Assembly (NCBI GenBank): GCA_041937175.2
Contig: CP166615.1
Location: forward strand, 4,448,001-4,512,000
Length of the DNA stretch: 64,000 nucleotides
From: Limnothrix sp. BL-A-16
GTDB lineage: Bacteria; Cyanobacteriota; Cyanobacteriia; CACIAM-69d
Direction: 5' to 3'
In this document: positions 38,626-48,198 of the stretch, in pieces
Numbering within the stretch: the stretch's first letter is position 1
Layout: every line of letters starts with the position of its first letter
The notes under the pieces: generated by a model
What the model saw: only the letters and a program-made list of their open reading frames with translations
What the model was told of the DNA's origin: nothing
Databases searched by the model: none
Translations under genes and position numbers: made by a program

Positions 38626-39108
38626 GACCCAACTCTCCCTGGCAATCTTGCCGGGCAACGTAATTTCAAGACGCTCTTTCAAGACGCTATCCCAAAGTGC
38701 TCAAACCCAAGTGCTCAAACACCTGCAAGCAGCCAATGCCAACGCCAGCCCCGGCCTGAGAGCATTCTGAGACGGTCGCTCTCATTTTAGGAGTGGCAGG
38801 ATAGCTTACTGGAAATCTGCAAGACTTTCTCAATAATCCTGATTGTAGTTCTTGAGCGATTTAGAGTCTAGAGAACTGGTGCTGGGGTGGGCCGATCTGC
38901 CCTGATCTGTGCTGAAATTTGGGGAGCGGCCGGGCCAATCTGGAAAGTGCAAACCGGAATCGACAAGCTCAAGAAATTCAGAATTTTCAATAATTGCAGC
39001 GATTGGGTGGGTATTGGAAATAGTGGAAATTTCACCCGTCGCAAACAAACCATGGGGGGGCAAATTCTGTAATTTTGGCAATTAGCCTCTGGGGAGCAAT
39101 GCCACTCT

Positions 39109-39149
39109 ATTAAGAAAAATCAGCAATTTTATTGAAAATATCCGTCTAT
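39109..39149. promoter_or_regulatory. Possible Fur-like AT-rich boxes in the divergent feo/ATPase promoter region
   Basis: ATTAAGAAAAATCAGCAAT and ATTGAAAATATCCGTCTAT loosely resemble ATTGAGAAT-N-ATTCTCAAT; another weak match at 38816-38834; degenerate. Confidence 0.25.
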
Positions 39150-39311
39150 TGCACTTACACTGCTAATGAGTTTGGACAATTCTGTCCCTCCAAAAGCTTT
39201 TCCCCTAAGATCCTTGAAGCCGCTGCGCCCCTGGGGGCTTGTCCCGCTGGGTCGTGGGCCACTGGCTGGGATTGTTTGTGCCCCCCATCCTTGTTATGGG
39301 GAACTAAAGCC

Positions 39312-40184
39312 ATGAGTCATTCCTCAAACCCCAATCGCGAGCCATCCACAACCCCTGAGCCGCAACCATTGGCTAATTCAGGGTTGGACTCGGCCGCTGA
39401 GGTCTCTCCAATCGCCCCAGCCTTCCAGGAGCAGCCCCCCGAGTCCGATCGACTGGCGATCAATACTTCCTCTGCCCCTCCTCAATCCCAACCTGTGAAC
39501 TCTGATTCTGATCTGGCCGAAACGGCAACGGGTGCTTTAGCGCAATCCACCCCATCCGGCGCGATCGAGCCGGGCCCTGATTCTGCGTTAAGCAACCTCA
39601 CCCTGTCCGCCCAACTGGGGCAATGGTTGCAGGAATACGGGGAAATTACGACGATTTTGCCGGTGTTGGCGGGCTTGTTTGTCACAACCCGGTTTCAACT
39701 GCGCGGTTCGCGGGCCCTGTTGACCAACCTGGCGATCGCGGCGGTGGTGCGCCAAGTCATTCTGTACTTCAAACAGCAGGCCAATAGCTCGGCGGGAACG
39801 TTGGCGATGGTGACTGCGGGGGCGGCTTTGGCTACGGTGGCCACAACGTCGGCCCCCAACAACCAATCCGCAGCCTCTGCCCAAACAAGTCCCATTTCCC
39901 TCACTGAACTGGGCAGTAATTTGGGCATTGGTTTGGGTTGCGAAGATTGCACGATCGTCCATTCCGTGCCAGGGCGGATCCGGTTGCGGATCGATCGCCT
40001 CCGCACCGATCGCGCCTATGGCAAGCGGCTGGAAACCTTGCTGAAGGATGAACCGATCGTGTTGGGCACGCGGATTAATCAGGCGGCGGCCTCCTTGGCG
40101 ATTCAATACGACTCCACGGGCCTCTCGGATCTGGAGTTGGGGCTGCGATTGTTGCAGGTGTTGAATCGCGCCAACCAGGATTAG
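39312..40184 (+). CDS. Membrane protein with C-terminal HMA2-like domain (FezC-like candidate)
   Basis: Disordered N-terminus, hydrophobic ILPVLAGLFV/LLTNLAIAAVV segment, IVHSVPGRIRLRI..L...RINQAAASLAIQYD HMA2-like motif. Confidence 0.75.
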   Translation: MSHSSNPNREPSTTPEPQPLANSGLDSAAEVSPIAPAFQEQPPESDRLAINTSSAPPQSQPVNSDSDLAETATGALAQSTPSGAIEPGPDSALSNLTLSAQLGQWLQEYGEITTILPVLAGLFVTTRFQLRGSRALLTNLAIAAVVRQVILYFKQQANSSAGTLAMVTAGAALATVATTSAPNNQSAASAQTSPISLTELGSNLGIGLGCEDCTIVHSVPGRIRLRIDRLRTDRAYGKRLETLLKDEPIVLGTRINQAAASLAIQYDSTGLSDLELGLRLLQVLNRANQD

Positions 40185-40212
40185 CCACCATCAGGATTTC
40201 AGCGAAAAGGGC

Positions 40213-42489
40213 ATGGCAATGGCAAACATGGGGCAGACCGTGGCGGACGATCGCACCTGGCGCTGGGAACGACCGGCGGCCTGGACCCATTGGGAATTGA
40301 TCCATTGGCAGCCGGGCCGGGTGCGGGTGCGTTGGTGGCCGGCGCGGTCTTCGGCCTTGGCGGTGGAACGGTTGGAAGCGGCCCTAGCGGCGCGATCGGA
40401 CGTGGCGGCGGTGCGGGTGGTGCGGGCGGCCGCTTCGGTGACGATTGTGTATCACGATCGCCAATTACCGATGGCCGGCCTGCGATTGCGCTTGGATGAC
40501 TGGTTGGCCCTGGCTTGGCCCGATCGGGCCCTGCTGTTGCAACCGGCCCCAGACCTGCCAGCTCCTGCCACGGTCGGGGCCCCGGCGGAAACGGCGGAGG
40601 ACGAGGACGAGGACGAGGAAGAAGCCTCCTTGCCCCAAACCCTAACGGCCTTGGCCTTGGCGGGCTTGGCCCGGTGGCGGCCCCTGTTGCCGTTGCGGGT
40701 GTTGGCGACGGTGGCCCTGTTGCGGGCCGTTTGGCCCGTGGCCCAGCGGGCCTGGCAAAGCGTGACAGTCGATCGCCGCTTGAATATTGACTGCATGGAT
40801 CTGTTGGCGATCGGCCTCAGCAGCAGCGGCGGATCCTTGGTGGTTCCGTCCATGGTGTTGACCCTGCACGCCTTGGGGGATGCGATTCGCGATCGCACCG
40901 CTCGGGCCACGGCTCTGCGAACGGCTAACCTGTCCGACGCGATCGGGCGGTTTGCTTGGGTAAAAATGAACGACGGGCCGCCCCAACGAATTCCCAGTGA
41001 CCAGCTCCAGGTGGGCGATTTGGTGGTGGTTTATCCCGGTGAGCAAATTCCCGCCGATGGGCCGGTGCTGTCTGGGGAAGCCACGATCGATGAAAAAAGC
41101 CTGACCGGGGAACCCTTGCCGGTGGCCGCCAGTGCGGGCCGTTGGGTTCATGCTTCAACGTTGGTGCGATCGGGGCAAATTTACCTGCGTGCGGAACGGG
41201 TGGGCAACCAAACTCGCGCCGCCGCCAGCTTGGCCCTGTTGGAACAGGCCCCGGTCTATGACACCCGGATGGCCAACTATGCCGAACGGCTGGCCGACCG
41301 GGCGATCGGCCCGGCCTTGATTTTGGCCCTGGTGGTGCTGATTGCCACCCGCGATCCGGCCCGGGCGGCGGCGATTCTGACCCTGGACTTTGTGACCGGC
41401 ATTCGGCTATCGATTCCCACGGCGTTCCTGGGAGCCTTGAACCACACCACCCGTCACGGTGTGTTGGTGCGCAGTGGGCGAACCCTGGAACAGTTGGCGG
41501 CGATCGATACGGTGGTGTTCGACAAAACGGGCACCCTGACCCAGGGCGACATCGTTTTAGAGCAGGTGTTGCCGGCCCAGCCGGACATCACCTCCGATCA
41601 GCTCCTGCAATTGGCCGCTTCGGCGGAGCAGCGGCTCACCCATCCGGTGGCCGAGGCGATCGTCCGGGCAGCGGCCGATCGGGGCCTGACCCTGAGCGAT
41701 CGGGGCGAATGGAACTATGAAGTGGGCTTGGGGGTGCGGGCCCAAGTGGCGGCCAGCGATGTGCTGGTGGGCAGTGCGCGGTTTTTGATTCAACAGGGTG
41801 TGACGGGGTTGGGCGAATGGCTGACCACCCTGGATCAGCAGGCCAGCAGCCAACCCTCGATCGCCCAGCCTTCAATCTATGTGGCCGTGGATGGCCGGTT
41901 CATGGGGGAATTGCGCTACACCGACCCCCTGCGACCCGAAAGCGCCGCCCTGGTGCAAACCCTGCAAACGGAATTGGGGTTGGATGTGCGGCTGTTGACC
42001 GGCGATACGCCCGCCCGCGCAGCCCAGGTGGCGCGGGCCCTGGAAATTCCCACTGATCGGGTCTATGCGGAAGCCTTTCCCGATCGCAAAGCCACGATCA
42101 TTCGCGACCTGCGGCGATCGGGGCGCACCGTGGCCTTTGTGGGCGATGGCCTCAACGACTCCGTGGCCCTGGCCTATGCGGATGTGTCCATTTCCTTTGA
42201 GCAGGGGTCGGAAATTGCCCGCGAAACCGCCGATGTGGTGTTGATGAATAACCATTTGCTGGATCTGCTGGAGGTGTTAACCATCGCCCGCCAAACCCAA
42301 GGATTGATTGAACAAAACACCGCTTTGGTGGTGCTACCCAACCTGATTGCTTTGGGCCTGGCCACCACCCGCGGCCTCAGCCCCCCGATCGCCACTGCCA
42401 TCCACAACGGCTCCGCGATCGCCGCCGGCCTCAACAGTTTGCGCCCCCTGATTCAGCACCACTTTTTTGAGCGGCCCCGCGATCGCTAG
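40213..42489 (+). CDS. Heavy-metal P1B-type ATPase, Cys-less (P1B-6/FezB-like candidate)
   Basis: LTGE, DKTGTLT, HP, LTGD, GDGLND; N-terminal HWQPGRVRVR HMA2-like domain; DFVTGIRLSIP in place of CPC; C-terminal HNGS..LNSLR. Confidence 0.9.
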   Translation: MAMANMGQTVADDRTWRWERPAAWTHWELIHWQPGRVRVRWWPARSSALAVERLEAALAARSDVAAVRVVRAAASVTIVYHDRQLPMAGLRLRLDDWLALAWPDRALLLQPAPDLPAPATVGAPAETAEDEDEDEEEASLPQTLTALALAGLARWRPLLPLRVLATVALLRAVWPVAQRAWQSVTVDRRLNIDCMDLLAIGLSSSGGSLVVPSMVLTLHALGDAIRDRTARATALRTANLSDAIGRFAWVKMNDGPPQRIPSDQLQVGDLVVVYPGEQIPADGPVLSGEATIDEKSLTGEPLPVAASAGRWVHASTLVRSGQIYLRAERVGNQTRAAASLALLEQAPVYDTRMANYAERLADRAIGPALILALVVLIATRDPARAAAILTLDFVTGIRLSIPTAFLGALNHTTRHGVLVRSGRTLEQLAAIDTVVFDKTGTLTQGDIVLEQVLPAQPDITSDQLLQLAASAEQRLTHPVAEAIVRAAADRGLTLSDRGEWNYEVGLGVRAQVAASDVLVGSARFLIQQGVTGLGEWLTTLDQQASSQPSIAQPSIYVAVDGRFMGELRYTDPLRPESAALVQTLQTELGLDVRLLTGDTPARAAQVARALEIPTDRVYAEAFPDRKATIIRDLRRSGRTVAFVGDGLNDSVALAYADVSISFEQGSEIARETADVVLMNNHLLDLLEVLTIARQTQGLIEQNTALVVLPNLIALGLATTRGLSPPIATAIHNGSAIAAGLNSLRPLIQHHFFERPRDR

Positions 42490-42584
42490 CCTTCCCTGGC
42501 TGCCCACCGCTCGCCCCTGTTCACCCCGCCGTTCACCCCGTTTTCACTGCCTCGATTTGCAAACCCCTCACCCCCTTCAGACCC

Positions 42585-42917
42585 ATGGCTTGGATTCATC
42601 TGGATAAATCCGTTGTCACCTTTCACATCAAGGAAATGATTGAGGATGGCTGTCAACAGGACTTGACTGCCTTGCTGGGGTTGGGGGCCGTGCTGGTGGG
42701 GCCCGTGGTGGCGCGATCGCTCCTGCAATCCTTGCACCAGCGCCAACGCCCGATCTCCCTGAGCGATTGGATTACCCAAGCCCAACAAACGGCCCCCGCT
42801 CCCACCTTGCGCCTGGCTCCCGCGGCCCAAAACCAACGCCCCAACCGCGCAATGGCAATTGGGGCTTCTCAGCAGGATTCAGTTCAGGGCACAGCACAAA
42901 CCAACAACGCCGCCTAG
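42585..42917 (+). CDS. Small hydrophobic protein, DUF5132-like (Gly-rich TM segment)
   Basis: ALLGLGAVLVGPVV hydrophobic patch followed by amphipathic LSDWITQAQ; directly downstream of the ATPase. Confidence 0.55.
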   Translation: MAWIHLDKSVVTFHIKEMIEDGCQQDLTALLGLGAVLVGPVVARSLLQSLHQRQRPISLSDWITQAQQTAPAPTLRLAPAAQNQRPNRAMAIGASQQDSVQGTAQTNNAA

Positions 42918-43086
42918 GAGAGCGTTAACCGCTCGATCGGACTCGGCAGGAACACCAAGGAGCTTATTTCCGGGTGTTGTATTTCTGAGCGCTCATTGAA
43001 AGTGCTCATTCTTTGATGACATCGGGACGGAATTGGGCAGTGAGTGGATCGGCTGGCGCATCCAGCCCGATCGCTCACCCTTCCCA

Positions 43087-43440
43087 TTAGACCAGCCGGT
43101 GTTCTTCTTCCGGCGAAGTTGCATTCAACGCCGGGGGCACTTCCGATCCGGGCGCGCTGGCCGTTAAACCCAACGGCACCCGGGCCTCCGCGAGGGCTTC
43201 AGCACGGGCCTCCGCCGCAATATCCGCGATCATTTCGCCGGTTTCCGCGATCGCGGCTTTTGTCTTTTCAAACAACACAACCCCAGTTTTCAACCCTGCC
43301 TTGAGCGCTGGTTTCAACAGAGGCAAAATAATCGGGGCAACCACCACCGTTGCCACACCGGCCAAGGCCACCTTAGCCGCAGGTTCTTGAGCCAAACCGA
43401 TAATGCGCGATCTCAGACGAAGTTCGCCAAGATTCATCAT
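43087..43440 (-). CDS. DUF5132-family small protein (FezA-like candidate)
   Basis: LAGVATVVVAPIILP.LKPALKAGLKTGVVLFEKTKAAIAETGE..ADIAAEARAE pattern. Confidence 0.8.
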   Translation of the reverse strand: MMNLGELRLRSRIIGLAQEPAAKVALAGVATVVVAPIILPLLKPALKAGLKTGVVLFEKTKAAIAETGEMIADIAAEARAEALAEARVPLGLTASAPGSEVPPALNATSPEEEHRLV

Positions 43441-43757
43441 GGGAGTTACTCGCCACCGACGATACATGCCCTAATTCTATCAAGTCTTTCCAAAAGGATT
43501 GGATTAAAACAATCTAGATTTCAGGACAACATCAGTCAGCTTGTTGAATATTTTTTAGAGGATTGTGATCGGAATTTTCAGCTTCAAAATAATTGAAAAA
43601 TTACCCAAAGCAGCCCTGGGATTCGTTTATGAATCCAGATTCCTATAGAGAATTTCTGTCAATTTTCATCCCAACTGATATCCCAATTGTGCTCAGAGAA
43701 CCAAATTTTTTGGCTCCGAGGAGGTTTGCAAAGCCGCAGTTTGCGTGATCAATCAAT

Positions 43758-43930
43758 AGATCTCTTGCATCAATTAAGACCCTCACCCTAAATCCCTCTC
43801 CCAAGTCGGGAGAGGGACTTGAAAATCAACAACGAAATCGCCGTAACTCCCGTTTTCTGGCTCCCCTTCGCCCCCCTTGGGAGAAGGGGTTGGGGGATGA
43901 GGGCTATTAGCTGATTCGCGCAAGAGGTCT
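43758..43930. mobile_element. 173-bp MITE (copy 2, inverted relative to copy 1) with AAT target duplication
   Basis: AAT|AGATCTCTTGC...GCAAGAGGTCT|AAT; reverse complement matches 16570..16742. Confidence 0.9.
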
Positions 43931-43966
43931 AATGGGTCTTGTTGGCTCCCGCTCGTTCTGATCATG

Positions 43967-44003
43967 AAAAAACGAGGGCGATCGATTCCCGATCGCCCTC
44001 GTT
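43967..44003 (-). terminator. Intrinsic terminator of hemE
   Basis: AACGAGGGCGATCG-ATTCC-CGATCGCCCTCGTT stem followed on the minus strand by a T-run. Confidence 0.8.
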
Positions 44004-44037
44004 ATAGCTATGCCGAATGAATGGCTGTGCCGAAGTC

Positions 44038-45102
44038 TTACCGTGCGCCCACCAGCAACTTGTCAGCATTCTTCGCCGTTTCAAAGAAGAAGGCGGCGTT
44101 TTCTTCCGGCGTGGTGGACAGGATGCCGTGACCCAGGTTCAGGACGTGGCCCTTGCGGCCAGCCTTGTTGATCGTGTCGATAATGCGATCGCGGATGAAT
44201 GCCTTGGAGCCAAACAGCACACCGGGATCAATATTCCCTTGCACCATGATGTCCGGGCCCAGGCGGCGACGCGCATCGGCCATATCCACCGTCCAATCAA
44301 CGCTGACCACATTCGCGCCCGATTGGCCCATCCGTTCCAGAATGCCGGCGCTGCCGCTGATGTAGAGCACCAGGGGCACATCGGGGTAGCGATCGCGCAC
44401 CTTCTTGAAGGCCCGTTGTTGGTAGGGCAGGGCAAAGGTGTCGTAATCCTGGGGCGACAGTTGACCCGCCCAGGAGTCAAACATTTGCACCATTTGCGCG
44501 CCGCATTCGATTTGGTGACACATGTAATCTGCCACCATGTCCGACAGCTTTTCGAGGAAAGCGTGCAGCACGGCTGGCTCCGAGAAGGCCATCCGCTTAA
44601 TCACGGCGTATTCCTTGGAGCTTTTGCCCTCGATCGCGTAGGCCGCCAACGTCCAGGGCGCACCCACAAAGCCCAATACGGCCGCTTTGTTGCCCACTTC
44701 CTGGCGAAGGGTGGTCAAGATGGTGCGGATGTAGGGCATGGCCGCATCGGGATCCAGGCGAGTCAGGGCCTGAACTTGCTCCATCGTCCGAATCGGCGAC
44801 TCAATCACGGGGCCGCGGCTTTCGATGATGTCGAAGGGGATGCCGATTCCGGTCAGGGGCGTAAGAATGTCCGAAAACATGATCACGCCATCGGGTTGGA
44901 AGGCGCGGAAGGGTTGCAGGGAAATTTCGATCGCCAAGTCAGCAATTTCCGAGCGATCGCGGAAGGACGGATATTTTTCGCGCAAATCCCGATAAACCTT
45001 CATGTAACGCCCTGCTTGGCGCATCATCCACACGGGCGGGCGAGGCAGTTCTTCGCCCCGCAGCGCTCGCAACAAGTAAGGCGTATCGTTTGCGCTGGTC
45101 AT
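44038..45102 (-). CDS. hemE: Uroporphyrinogen decarboxylase
   Basis: [42 protein letters not shown]. Confidence 0.98.
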   Translation of the reverse strand: MTSANDTPYLLRALRGEELPRPPVWMMRQAGRYMKVYRDLREKYPSFRDRSEIADLAIEISLQPFRAFQPDGVIMFSDILTPLTGIGIPFDIIESRGPVIESPIRTMEQVQALTRLDPDAAMPYIRTILTTLRQEVGNKAAVLGFVGAPWTLAAYAIEGKSSKEYAVIKRMAFSEPAVLHAFLEKLSDMVADYMCHQIECGAQMVQMFDSWAGQLSPQDYDTFALPYQQRAFKKVRDRYPDVPLVLYISGSAGILERMGQSGANVVSVDWTVDMADARRRLGPDIMVQGNIDPGVLFGSKAFIRDRIIDTINKAGRKGHVLNLGHGILSTTPEENAAFFFETAKNADKLLVGAR

Positions 45103-45664
45103 CGTCGCCGCTTCCTTCTTACAAAAACCGGTTTGTTAAATCGAGTGCCTTGACAGCTTACCACCCGTGCGAGCAAGGGCGACTCTCTTACTTCGTAACG
45201 GTTTGCAACGATTTTCGAGCAGCAATTTGGGCAGCAATTTAAGCGGTCATGGGACGGAGATTTGAGCCAGGAAAAATTTCGAGACCCAAATTTCGAGACC
45301 ACTCGCATTGGATTGCTTCAAGAGTCACGCCCCACTCAAGCAATTCTCGCAATTGTGCCAATAACCTAGCCAAACTACATCCGCCCCGGTCAAATCTCAA
45401 CCGGGTAAAATAAAGATAAAACTCATTGAGCTATCTGCATGGATGGCGATCCCTTCTGGGAGGATTCTTAATCCGGATCATCGATGAACCGTGGGCAATG
45501 GGGCAAAGGCACAGGTGCATCTGCCACAAAGCCGGAAAATCTAGCGCTGAGAAAATCCAGCGCTCAAAAATGCTAGGACGGCGGGTAATCAATCCGCTAT
45601 GCTGCTGGCAATTCCCCCTCCATGCCGAGTCTGACCGTTAGCCTTATCTAACCCCCCCAAACAC

Positions 45665-45910
45665 ATGGAACCCTCCACCATGGGCGATCGCGCCGCCAGC
45701 CCCCGCCCGGAACGCGAAAAAGTTGAGCTTTCGATTCGTCTCGATCCGGACTTGCTCGATCGAGTCAATCACCTGACCGACGACCCGAGCAAAATTATCG
45801 AAGCCGCCGTGCGCCAATGGTTGCGGGGTGGCCCGGCCCGCGAGGATGATCTCTCGCGGTTGTTGCCGCGCAATCCCGTTGTGCCGCCCCGTGGGGAATG
45901 GAACGATTAG
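45665..45910 (+). CDS. Small conserved cyanobacterial protein, ribbon-helix-helix-like
   Basis: KVELSIRLD.DLL....HLTDDPSKIIEAAVRQWLRG and C-terminal PPRGEWND. Confidence 0.7.
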   Translation: MEPSTMGDRAASPRPEREKVELSIRLDPDLLDRVNHLTDDPSKIIEAAVRQWLRGGPAREDDLSRLLPRNPVVPPRGEWND

Positions 45911-45992
45911 CCGAGCGGCCTTGGATGGCGTTGCCAGTTGTGTTGAATCGCGGAAATTGTGGTGAACTGGGCCTCAGGATTGAAGCTCAGAG

Positions 45993-48185
45993 ATGTTACC
46001 ACTGAGGTTATTGAGCGGTTATGGCCCTGTAAGCGAGCGCGTAATGTCTGGATCCCCTTCGTCTTCGGATTTTTCGCCATCTACGTTGACATCCCCGGAC
46101 AACTCTGCCATGGATCCGACTGTCTTCCCGCATCGCCCTGGTGATCATCGGGATCTGACGACATATCCAGCGCCGCTTGGGTCTCTTGGTGTGGGTTCAT
46201 CTTCAGTTAGTGTTCCCCCAGAATCGATCGCCTCGGGATCGATCGCGCCGGGATCCGTCGTGTCCGGTTCTGTGCCATCTGATTCTGGGTCGCCAGGAGT
46301 GGTTGCGCCCGGATCTGGTGCGCCTGAATCTAGCCCGTCGGAGGCAACCGCGAACCCCAAGTCACCGACCGCCCCCCCCTCGCCAGGGCGATCGGGCATG
46401 ACCATTGATGAACCCCTCGCGCTGCAACACTTGGGCGCTGAGTTGGCCTATATCCAAGACAACGACGGTCATTATCGAGCGTTCCACTGGCGAGAAGCTG
46501 CCGCCGTGGGCCTCGATCCCCAACTCATTTGTGCGGCTCCGCCCGAAGAACCCCTCTTTGGGCCAATCAGTTTGCCTGAGTATTTTGAGATTTTGAATCG
46601 GGTCATCTTGCAGGGTGCTCCAGAACGTTTAACTTGTCGCCTGGCCTGGGCGAATCAGTCGCGTACTTTTGATTTAGTGCTCAGTCCGATGCTGGGGGAC
46701 GATGGGCGGGCCGATCGGGTGTTGGTCATGGGGCGATCGATTTCAACGCGATCGCACGAGCCAATGACTCCGGCAAATCTCCCTTCTGCCCTGGATGCTC
46801 ATCAAAAGCTCCTGAGCAAAATTGCCACCAGCATTCGGCGCACCCTGCCCCTCAGTTCGGCTCTCTATCAAATTCTCTTGACCAAGATTGCGCGCAACAT
46901 TCGCAAAACGCTTGATCTCGACACCATTTGGCAACAAACGGTCTGTGGCCTCGTCCAAGCCCTCAGTGTTTGTCGGGCCGTTGTTTGTGCCTACCCGGGC
47001 CCCCAGGAGGGGGTGGTGCGAGTTGTGGCGGAACATACCCGCAGCCCCAGCCCCCATCCGATGCTGGGCGCTGATCTTTCCGTGGCCCATGACACACCCA
47101 TGGGGGAGGCGCTGATTAGCCTGGAACCCGTGGTGATGGATCGGCTGAATCAGGATCCCTTTGGGAATCAGTCGGCAATTATTGTGGCGGCTCGTCACCA
47201 GGGCAAGGTGAATGGGTTGATTGCGCTCTATCAGTACGATCGCACCCGTCACTGGACGACGGCCGAAGCGGAACTGATGCGAGAGTTGGCCGACCAAGTG
47301 GGCACGGCGATCGCCCATGCCACCCTCTTTGCGGAAAGCCAAGCCCTGACCCACGAGCTGCAAGAGAAAAACATTCACCTGATTCAAAAACAGCAGGAAT
47401 TAGAGGAAGCCCGCGAACAGGCGGAAGAAGTCTCGCGGCTCAAGAGTGAATTCTTGGCCAACACGTCCCACGAAATTCGCACGCCCCTGAACGGGGTGAT
47501 TGGCTTTCTGAAGCTGATTTTGGATGGGATGGTGGACGATCCCGAAGAGCAGCAGGACTTTTTGCAGGAGGCTTACAACAGCGCCGTTCACCTGCTAAAT
47601 ATCCTGAACGACATTTTGGATATTGCCCGCATTGAGGCCGATCGCCTGGAATTGCACCTGGTGCCGGTGAACCTGCGGGAACTCTGTCGCCATGCTTCGG
47701 ATTTCACCCTAGCCCAAATGCAGCAAAAGGGCTTGCGCTATGACTTGCAGCTCCCGGATACCCATGACGATGTGTTGATGTATGGGGACGATCAACGGTT
47801 GCTTCAGGTGTTGCTGAATCTGATTGGCAATGCCATCAAATTCACCCACGAAGGCGGCATCACCGTCAGCGCCGATCTGATTTGGCAACCGGTGGTGGTG
47901 CAAAATCGTGAGCTACCGGGGTTGGTGCGAATTCGGGTGGCGGATACGGGCATTGGGGTCTCGTTGGATAAACAAGACCGGCTGTTCCAATCCTTCAGCC
48001 AGGTGGATGGGGCCCGCACCCGACGCTATGGGGGCACGGGGTTGGGTCTAGTGATTTCCCGGCGATTGGTGGAAGCGATGGGGGGGGATATGAACTTCTA
48101 CAGCCTGGGTGAAGGGTTGGGTTCCACGGTGACCTTCACGGTTCCCCTCTATCAGGAACCGGTGATGCGATTGGTGGAAACTTAG
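45993..48185 (+). CDS. Cytoplasmic sensor histidine kinase (PAS-like-GAF-HisKA-HATPase)
   Basis: [67 protein letters not shown]. True start may be 46044 or 46110. Confidence 0.9.
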   Translation: MLPLRLLSGYGPVSERVMSGSPSSSDFSPSTLTSPDNSAMDPTVFPHRPGDHRDLTTYPAPLGSLGVGSSSVSVPPESIASGSIAPGSVVSGSVPSDSGSPGVVAPGSGAPESSPSEATANPKSPTAPPSPGRSGMTIDEPLALQHLGAELAYIQDNDGHYRAFHWREAAAVGLDPQLICAAPPEEPLFGPISLPEYFEILNRVILQGAPERLTCRLAWANQSRTFDLVLSPMLGDDGRADRVLVMGRSISTRSHEPMTPANLPSALDAHQKLLSKIATSIRRTLPLSSALYQILLTKIARNIRKTLDLDTIWQQTVCGLVQALSVCRAVVCAYPGPQEGVVRVVAEHTRSPSPHPMLGADLSVAHDTPMGEALISLEPVVMDRLNQDPFGNQSAIIVAARHQGKVNGLIALYQYDRTRHWTTAEAELMRELADQVGTAIAHATLFAESQALTHELQEKNIHLIQKQQELEEAREQAEEVSRLKSEFLANTSHEIRTPLNGVIGFLKLILDGMVDDPEEQQDFLQEAYNSAVHLLNILNDILDIARIEADRLELHLVPVNLRELCRHASDFTLAQMQQKGLRYDLQLPDTHDDVLMYGDDQRLLQVLLNLIGNAIKFTHEGGITVSADLIWQPVVVQNRELPGLVRIRVADTGIGVSLDKQDRLFQSFSQVDGARTRRYGGTGLGLVISRRLVEAMGGDMNFYSLGEGLGSTVTFTVPLYQEPVMRLVET

Positions 48186-48198
48186 GGGCGATCGCCCG

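Noticed and set aside
16745..43755. An already-inverted segment or composite transposon bounded by the two MITEs
   Set aside because: Each copy keeps its own AAT duplication and cbiT continues on both sides of copy 1, so these are independent insertions; the enclosed genes are mostly core.
44017..45153. 378-aa plus-strand ORF, and similar long ORFs such as 54067..55197 and 25599..26510
   Set aside because: Antisense shadows of hemE, urtA and glmS caused by GC-rich codon bias; no recognisable motifs.
45665..45910. Toxin-antitoxin module
   Set aside because: Only an RHH-like small protein is present; the neighbour is a histidine kinase, not a toxin.
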